Part shown: positions 58,933 to 64,000 of the stretch, piece after piece
How the letters are laid out: each line of letters opens with the position of its first letter
Numbering within the stretch: position 1 is the stretch's first letter
IMG/VR virus record: IMGVR_UViG_3300010885_020282
Location: 10,676 to 74,675 of that record
Source of the DNA: a virus
DNA: 64,000 nucleotides
Reading direction: 5' to 3' (one strand)
Position numbers and translations under genes: made by a program
The notes under the pieces: generated by a model
Database searches by the model: none
What the model saw: the letters and a program-made list of their open reading frames with translations, nothing else
What the model was told of the DNA's origin: nothing

Positions 58933-61141
58933 GTTTGATGTATTTTATATAGGTGTAAAACCCAATCTGTTTGTGCACGAACAAGAATGCAATTCAATCG
59001 ATCATGCCCGTCAATTGAGCCGCACACGTTATTGCTGGATAGTCAACTACTTATCGGACTACACAGGGTGGGATTGGCTTTGGGAGCCTCGCCCTTGGGA
59101 AGCTGGGCAACGGCATGCTTGGCCTAGCCAATGGCAACGTGACTCTGGCACGTACCTTGTGCCACAACATGGGTATACAGATACAAACTATCACACTGAT
59201 CAGGTCATAACACGATTGCCCAGCATGGCCGATCATTGGACTGTGCCGTCAAACATTGATTATACCAAGTTTGATTTTTCCTGGCATCCAGATTACACTG
59301 ATCCTGAACAATACGAATATCATTTTGGAACACAATGGCAGAGTGCTGGAGGCCCAGTATATAATCACGGTGCCGGACCTATCAAGCTTGTGACTGATCA
59401 ACGTGCTCAAGCCATAGCAAGTTCCATGAACTGGCATTGTCCGGACTCAGTTGACCCAGATACATTTGATTTTTCTTGGCACCCTAGTCCACTTGAACCA
59501 GCGTACACGTATCAATTTGGAACACAGTGGCAAAAAACAAACGGGCCATGCTATACCACACCCGGTGCAACTGATATTAAATTTTTACCTAGCCCTAGAT
59601 CTGTTAAAATCACAAAAGACGATTGCTGGACTGTGCCTGACAATGCCGATGTTGAAAGCTTTGACTGGACCTGGCACCCCGATGCCACTGAACCACTATA
59701 CATATATCAGTTTGGCACACAGCATCAACGCACAGGCGGGCCACTCTACACAGTTACTGGCGCAACAGACATCAAGTTTGTGGACCAAATAAGAATTAAA
59801 ACACAGCGCACAGCTGGTAAAGTGTATGTGATTGATCATCTTGATGGAAATGCCAGCAAAGTGCGTGAACAAATATCTCACTGTGATTGTAGTGTAGTAC
59901 GTTATTTTGACAATTATCTAGATACACTGACTCGCATTGCAAAAAATGCAGACAACGAGCACTGCGAATTTGTGTGGGTTGTGTCAAGCATCTGCGACTA
60001 TACTGATTTTGATTTTTCTTGGCATCCTGAACAGTGGCAAGCCAGTATGCTACATGTTTTTGCTAGCAATGATCAAAAATTTGGTGATACATTTTTTATG
60101 CACGTACCAACATTTGCATATCGAGCAGGGCAAGCAAAATTGCTTGAGTGGTATGATGTTAACTTTGTTAACACTTCGGTGCCACGCAGGCCAATTCCTG
60201 TAATACAACACAACGAAGACAGCCAAGTTGATGCAGTGAAAAAGTTTGAGTGGGCTGGACCATTAGCATTGTTTACTAGGACTGATTATGTTGATCGTAC
60301 ATTGGTCACTGTTCCGTTATGGCGAGAACTTACTAAAACCATTGTGCCCTTGGATCCAGGAGCATCAAGTGTGATTGTGCCACGTGTGGCTATACCGTAT
60401 ATCAAAACACAGTTATATGATTATCCCTATATCAATCGAGAGCATATAATGCTAAAAGGTACTCCCTTGGACATTGTGTTTTTGAGCAATGGCGAAAGTG
60501 ACGCAGACTATCTTTATGCGCACCTTTTGGACTGTGCATCTAACACCAACCAAGTTCATTGTGTAACCGGCATCAAAGGTCGTGTAGCAAGTCAGCATGC
60601 GGCTGCAAATGCCAGCACAACTGATTGGTATTTTGTTGTGCCAGGAAAACTACATATTGAAAGAAATTTTGATTGGTCCTGGCAGCCCGATCGTATGCAA
60701 CAGGCCAAGCACTATATCTTTCACGCACACAATCCTGTTAATGGTTTGATATATGGTCACATGGCTATGGTAGCATACAACAAAAAACTTGTGTTGGAAA
60801 CGCAAGGTACTGGCTTGGACTTTACCATGGAAAAAGCACATGAAGTTGTTCCTATTGTAAGCGGTACTGCAACTTATGCATCGACTCCCATGATGGCCTG
60901 GCGTACTGCATTCCGTGAAGTGCTTAAACTTCAAGCCAGCTTGCCTGATATTGAAAACGAATACAGGCTCAACCAATGGTTAACGGTGGATCTCTCTGCT
61001 GACCAATGGAGCATGAAAGGTGCCCAAGATGCTGTGGCGTTTTATAATGAAGTCAAAGGAGATCCCACTGAGCTTCATAAAAGCTACGAGTGGGACTGGT
61101 TGGCTAGTTATGTGTTTATCAAGCGAGGGCTAGTTGAGTAG
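58931..61141 (+). CDS. multi-module protein: internal 65-aa repeats plus degenerate and C-terminal glycosyltransferase-like domains
   Basis: Repeated FDFSWHP motif; C-terminal DIVFLSNGE...V.G.KGR...HAAA..S.T..Y...N.VNGLIYG...AWRTAFRE homologous to 41632-42555. Confidence 0.65.
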   Translation: MFDVFYIGVKPNLFVHEQECNSIDHARQLSRTRYCWIVNYLSDYTGWDWLWEPRPWEAGQRHAWPSQWQRDSGTYLVPQHGYTDTNYHTDQVITRLPSMADHWTVPSNIDYTKFDFSWHPDYTDPEQYEYHFGTQWQSAGGPVYNHGAGPIKLVTDQRAQAIASSMNWHCPDSVDPDTFDFSWHPSPLEPAYTYQFGTQWQKTNGPCYTTPGATDIKFLPSPRSVKITKDDCWTVPDNADVESFDWTWHPDATEPLYIYQFGTQHQRTGGPLYTVTGATDIKFVDQIRIKTQRTAGKVYVIDHLDGNASKVREQISHCDCSVVRYFDNYLDTLTRIAKNADNEHCEFVWVVSSICDYTDFDFSWHPEQWQASMLHVFASNDQKFGDTFFMHVPTFAYRAGQAKLLEWYDVNFVNTSVPRRPIPVIQHNEDSQVDAVKKFEWAGPLALFTRTDYVDRTLVTVPLWRELTKTIVPLDPGASSVIVPRVAIPYIKTQLYDYPYINREHIMLKGTPLDIVFLSNGESDADYLYAHLLDCASNTNQVHCVTGIKGRVASQHAAANASTTDWYFVVPGKLHIERNFDWSWQPDRMQQAKHYIFHAHNPVNGLIYGHMAMVAYNKKLVLETQGTGLDFTMEKAHEVVPIVSGTATYASTPMMAWRTAFREVLKLQASLPDIENEYRLNQWLTVDLSADQWSMKGAQDAVAFYNEVKGDPTELHKSYEWDWLASYVFIKRGLVE
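59237..59782 (+). repeat. three tandem 195-bp (65-aa) coding repeats
   Basis: W.VP...D...FD(F/W)(S/T)WHP...Y.Y(Q/H)FGTQ(W/H)Q..GP.Y...GA..IK; leading Trp codons at 59237, 59432, 59627. Confidence 0.85.
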
Positions 61142-62090
61142 TCCAATAAGGGCTTGCAGTGAGCCAGCGATGGTATTCAACAAAGCCTTGTTCTACATCT
61201 ACTTTGGGATCATATCCAAAGTCTTTTCTTGCCGCATCAATATTCAATGCTCCGCGACTTGGAAAATCAGCGTCTTTGTCCCTACAATTAATTGTACCTT
61301 TGCCTACTAACCCAACAATCATTTCCGCAGCCTGTAACAAACTAACACTATGGCTTTTGGTAATGTTATATGTTTTGTTTGCGGTATTAGAACTTAGTGC
61401 AACTGTCGCAATACCATCTGCGGCATCATCAACGTAGGTAAAGTCTAATGTCTCCCCTGCCCCATTAACATTGAGAACGCCTCCACGCATTGCGGTGAGC
61501 ATAAACTTTGCCACCACTCGGTCTTCCACATCAAGAGGCCCGTACACAGCACTAGGCCTAATAATAGTGTAATCAAATACACCTCGACGTTGGTAATCTT
61601 TAACAATATTTTCTCCTGTTAGTTTCATGATGCCATATTGGCCAATGGGTTGACAAACATAATCTTCTGTTACATCATCAACAAAGTCACCGTACACCAT
61701 GCTACTGCTGATATAAACAAATTTCTTTACATCATGCTTTTTGCAAGCTTCGCATAGATTTAACAAGCCTTCCATCATAGTTCTTGCACCCAGCATGGGA
61801 TTGGCATTGACTACTTTTTGTCTGGGAAAACTGGCCATGTGAATCACAATGTCAAATTTGTAACGAGCAAACAACCAGTCAATGGTGTTGCCTGCAATAT
61901 CAATGGCATGTATTTGCCCCGGTTGAATTTTCTTTAACCGTTCGGACATCAAGTAATCAATTTCTGCCTGGGGAATAATTCCATAATTGGTTCTGGTATC
62001 AGTGATAACAACACTGTGGCCTTGCTGTTGCAATCGTGCTACCACATTGTGACCAATAAGCCCAAGACCGCCTGTAACTAATATTTTCAT
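61119..62090 (-). CDS. NAD-dependent nucleotide-sugar epimerase/dehydratase (extended SDR)
   Basis: Start at ATG 62090 with AAGGA; TGGLGLIG, SSSMVYG, YGIMK (YxxxK), RPSAVYGP, DFTYVDD. Confidence 0.92.
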   Translation of the reverse strand: MKILVTGGLGLIGHNVVARLQQQGHSVVITDTRTNYGIIPQAEIDYLMSERLKKIQPGQIHAIDIAGNTIDWLFARYKFDIVIHMASFPRQKVVNANPMLGARTMMEGLLNLCEACKKHDVKKFVYISSSMVYGDFVDDVTEDYVCQPIGQYGIMKLTGENIVKDYQRRGVFDYTIIRPSAVYGPLDVEDRVVAKFMLTAMRGGVLNVNGAGETLDFTYVDDAADGIATVALSSNTANKTYNITKSHSVSLLQAAEMIVGLVGKGTINCRDKDADFPSRGALNIDAARKDFGYDPKVDVEQGFVEYHRWLTASPYWTTQLALA

Positions 62091-62101
62091 TTGTTTCCTT
62101 G

Positions 62102-62452
62102 TTATACCAAATGTTGTGCAAGCACCATACAACTGATCCAAGTCCAAAGAGTATTAAATCCCACCAATGTAGGCAATGCCTTTTTGCGACTGGCCCAAAT
62201 TAATGTTAACGAAGTTGCCAGCGTCAAGAAATACAACCACCAAATACTAATACCAAAAATCAAACCAGGCACAATAATAATAGCCTTAGCAGTCCAACTT
62301 AAAAACTCCACAGTATTATAGTCAGTCCAGTATTCCTTGGTAAACCACATGCCGTAGCATTCTTTGATCTTGGCAAATGTAATGTGTTTATACATGATTA
62401 GTATTAATACCGCCCATGCAACTGTAGCAAATAATATTTGTTTTTCATTCAT
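62102..62452 (-). CDS. small integral membrane protein
   Basis: 116 aa, several hydrophobic segments. Confidence 0.65.
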   Translation of the reverse strand: MNEKQILFATVAWAVLILIMYKHITFAKIKECYGMWFTKEYWTDYNTVEFLSWTAKAIIIVPGLIFGISIWWLYFLTLATSLTLIWASRKKALPTLVGFNTLWTWISCMVLAQHLV

Positions 62453-62984
62453 GCATCTTACTCCAATTAATTATATTTGATCCTATAAACATTCCCATAG
62501 CATACTCACTCCAAAGTAATAAACTGTTTGTCATGTTGCCCCATTGTGCGTAATTGATCCAATACCCTGCCATGATACAAGCAGGCAATAAGCTAGACAT
62601 TCCTGCAATCATTACAATGATGTTGATACGGGTAACATGATCCCAAAAGTAATTTAACGCTACACCAAGTCCAATAGCTATCACGAAATCTGTTGTTGAT
62701 GGTACAAAATTTTTAGTGAGTTCAGTAGCTAACACAACTGGAACTTGATAAAAATACAACCACCCAACTGCGATCAACACCAACACGTATGTAATTAAGT
62801 GTACTAGATTTCTTAAGTTGTTTCTGATAGCACAGATTACAACTGCCATTGGAAATCCCACCTTGCTGGCAAATATCAACAACACAGTATTGTTAACAAA
62901 TCCCCAACAACATCCAATACCGCATAATATGCACAGCAGTATCTTAGCAGTCAATGGTACATCGTCGAGTACTGTAAATTTCAT
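62445..62984 (-). CDS. integral membrane protein, weakly DUF389-like
   Basis: ~5-6 hydrophobic segments; P...DFVIA...G and SLLP.C..AG pattern. Confidence 0.55.
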   Translation of the reverse strand: MKFTVLDDVPLTAKILLCILCGIGCCWGFVNNTVLLIFASKVGFPMAVVICAIRNNLRNLVHLITYVLVLIAVGWLYFYQVPVVLATELTKNFVPSTTDFVIAIGLGVALNYFWDHVTRINIIVMIAGMSSLLPACIMAGYWINYAQWGNMTNSLLLWSEYAMGMFIGSNIINWSKMHE

Positions 62985-63313
62985 GTTTTACTTCCCCACT
63001 TTAATGTCCAGAAGATTTCGTGTTGCTCGCTCAGCCTAGCCATGATGCGGTACCTGTGTCCGTAACTAGAAATATCTGCTTGTCGAGTCCAGTAAGGTTT
63101 CTCTACAGCATGCTCCATGATAAACTTACCAGCATCGCTTTGTTGCCAATCCCACATAGGAGCCGCCGCATATATATCTGGATCTTCTACATCGCCCATG
63201 CGTATCTCGTGTACACATACGTCACGAAACTTTACAGCTCGGTCATTGATGATTTTAACCTGTTCAGGTTGCCAGTGTTTGTATTCGGATTCGTGAGTGT
63301 GTGTTATTGCCAT
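62981..63313 (-). CDS. hypothetical phage protein
   Basis: 110 aa; MGDVEDPD.YAA.P..W...G.F..EH...W.LKW; extended -10 TGcTATACT 5 bp upstream of ATG. Confidence 0.7.
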   Translation of the reverse strand: MAITHTHESEYKHWQPEQVKIINDRAVKFRDVCVHEIRMGDVEDPDIYAAAPMWDWQQSDAGKFIMEHAVEKPYWTRQADISSYGHRYRIMARLSEQHEIFWTLKWGSKT

Positions 63314-63333
63314 ACTCTAGTATAGCACAAGGA

Positions 63334-64000
63334 TTAGTCTTTAGCAACCAAGTCGGCAGCCATCGGGAATACTGTAGCAATAACTTCAGCACAGGCACGG
63401 GCAACTTCCTGATGTTCTTTTTGTGTACCGGTTGCACTACGTAGTTCAATAAAGTGTATCCACGAACGTAGTGTGCCATTCATATACAAGCGACTTTCAA
63501 TAAGTCCTTCTGGTAATACGGCACGTGCCTGTTCTTTGGCTATGCCATTCTTGATAGCCCATTCGTATTCTCGTTTGGCAGCATAGATGACTCGTTGTTG
63601 AGCTCTGTACCATTCATTTTGTAACAAGTGATCATCGACTTCGACACTGTTCTGACGGTTCTTGGGGTCTTGAAGTCTAGCTTCTCTTGTAACAAAATTG
63701 AGATCTTTCGTTGGGTCAGCATAGCGTTGAGAGAACTCTTGGAAACTGAAACTTCTGTGTCGCAAGATTTGCCTGGCAATATCTCTTGTTGTGGTGATTT
63801 CAATACAGGCAGAGACCATTTCAAGTGGGCTCCAGTGCTGGTGTTTGACCAGGTATCTAATGAGTTTGTCTGACGTTTCTGTGTTGAGCTGATTGGAGGG
63901 ATTGCTGACACGGGCGCAATACGCAATGAGTTCTTGCGCATCTGCAATGCCCATATCTGCAAATCTCTCTGTTGGTTGTGAATAGGATAGTAATTGAACA
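63334..64000 (-). CDS. thyX: flavin-dependent thymidylate synthase, 5'-partial
   Basis: ARVS, HWSPLE, RQILRHRSFSFQEFSQRY (RHR-x7-S), EQARAVLP, Q.EH; frame stays open upstream of ATG 63954 to the window edge (VQLLSYSQPT...). Confidence 0.95.
   Translation of the reverse strand, partial: VQLLSYSQPTERFADMGIADAQELIAYCARVSNPSNQLNTETSDKLIRYLVKHQHWSPLEMVSACIEITTTRDIARQILRHRSFSFQEFSQRYADPTKDLNFVTREARLQDPKNRQNSVEVDDHLLQNEWYRAQQRVIYAAKREYEWAIKNGIAKEQARAVLPEGLIESRLYMNGTLRSWIHFIELRSATGTQKEHQEVARACAEVIATVFPMAADLVAKD

Noticed and set aside
12370-63962. Numerous 60-150-aa ORFs nested in or antisense to long genes
   Set aside because: Fully overlap well-supported genes, mostly non-ATG starts, no motifs; treated as shadow ORFs
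1-64000. CRISPR array, tRNA genes, DGR, IS/integrase, alternative genetic code
   Set aside because: No regularly spaced repeats, cloverleafs, reverse transcriptase or transposase seen; TAA, TAG and TGA all end conserved genes at expected positions and coding density is near complete under code 11

Overview
Gene-dense fragment of a large (jumbo-type) T4-like myovirus genome using the standard genetic code. Left arm (1-8.8 kb): small modification-type genes, a GIY-YIG endonuclease gene followed by the only long non-coding stretch in the window (~420 bp, densely structured on the minus strand), a radical SAM gene and the T4-type gp46/gp47 recombination nuclease plus a gp55-like late sigma factor. 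Middle (8.9-39.4 kb): a late-promoter (TAAATA)-driven baseplate/tail module (tube-initiator-like, gp53, hub, gp5/VgrG-like spike, gp25, gp6, a 4717-aa giant virion protein with seven FG-GAP-like repeats, a tail fibre with an autocleaving chaperone domain). Right (39.4-62 kb): a ~22-kb 'biosynthetic' island directly behind the tail-fibre genes: several glycosyltransferase-like genes, an SGNH protein, five N-terminal-twitch radical SAM enzymes, a NodU/CmcH carbamoyltransferase with an uncalled 33-aa partner ORF, an amidinotransferase, a PBP/peptidase S11 and an NDP-sugar epimerase; it ends with membrane proteins and a partial thyX. The two strongest leads are (i) the GIY-YIG gene + downstream structured RNA cassette and (ii) the phage-encoded glycan/small-molecule tailoring pathway. 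All calls come from reading motifs by eye; no database searches were run.
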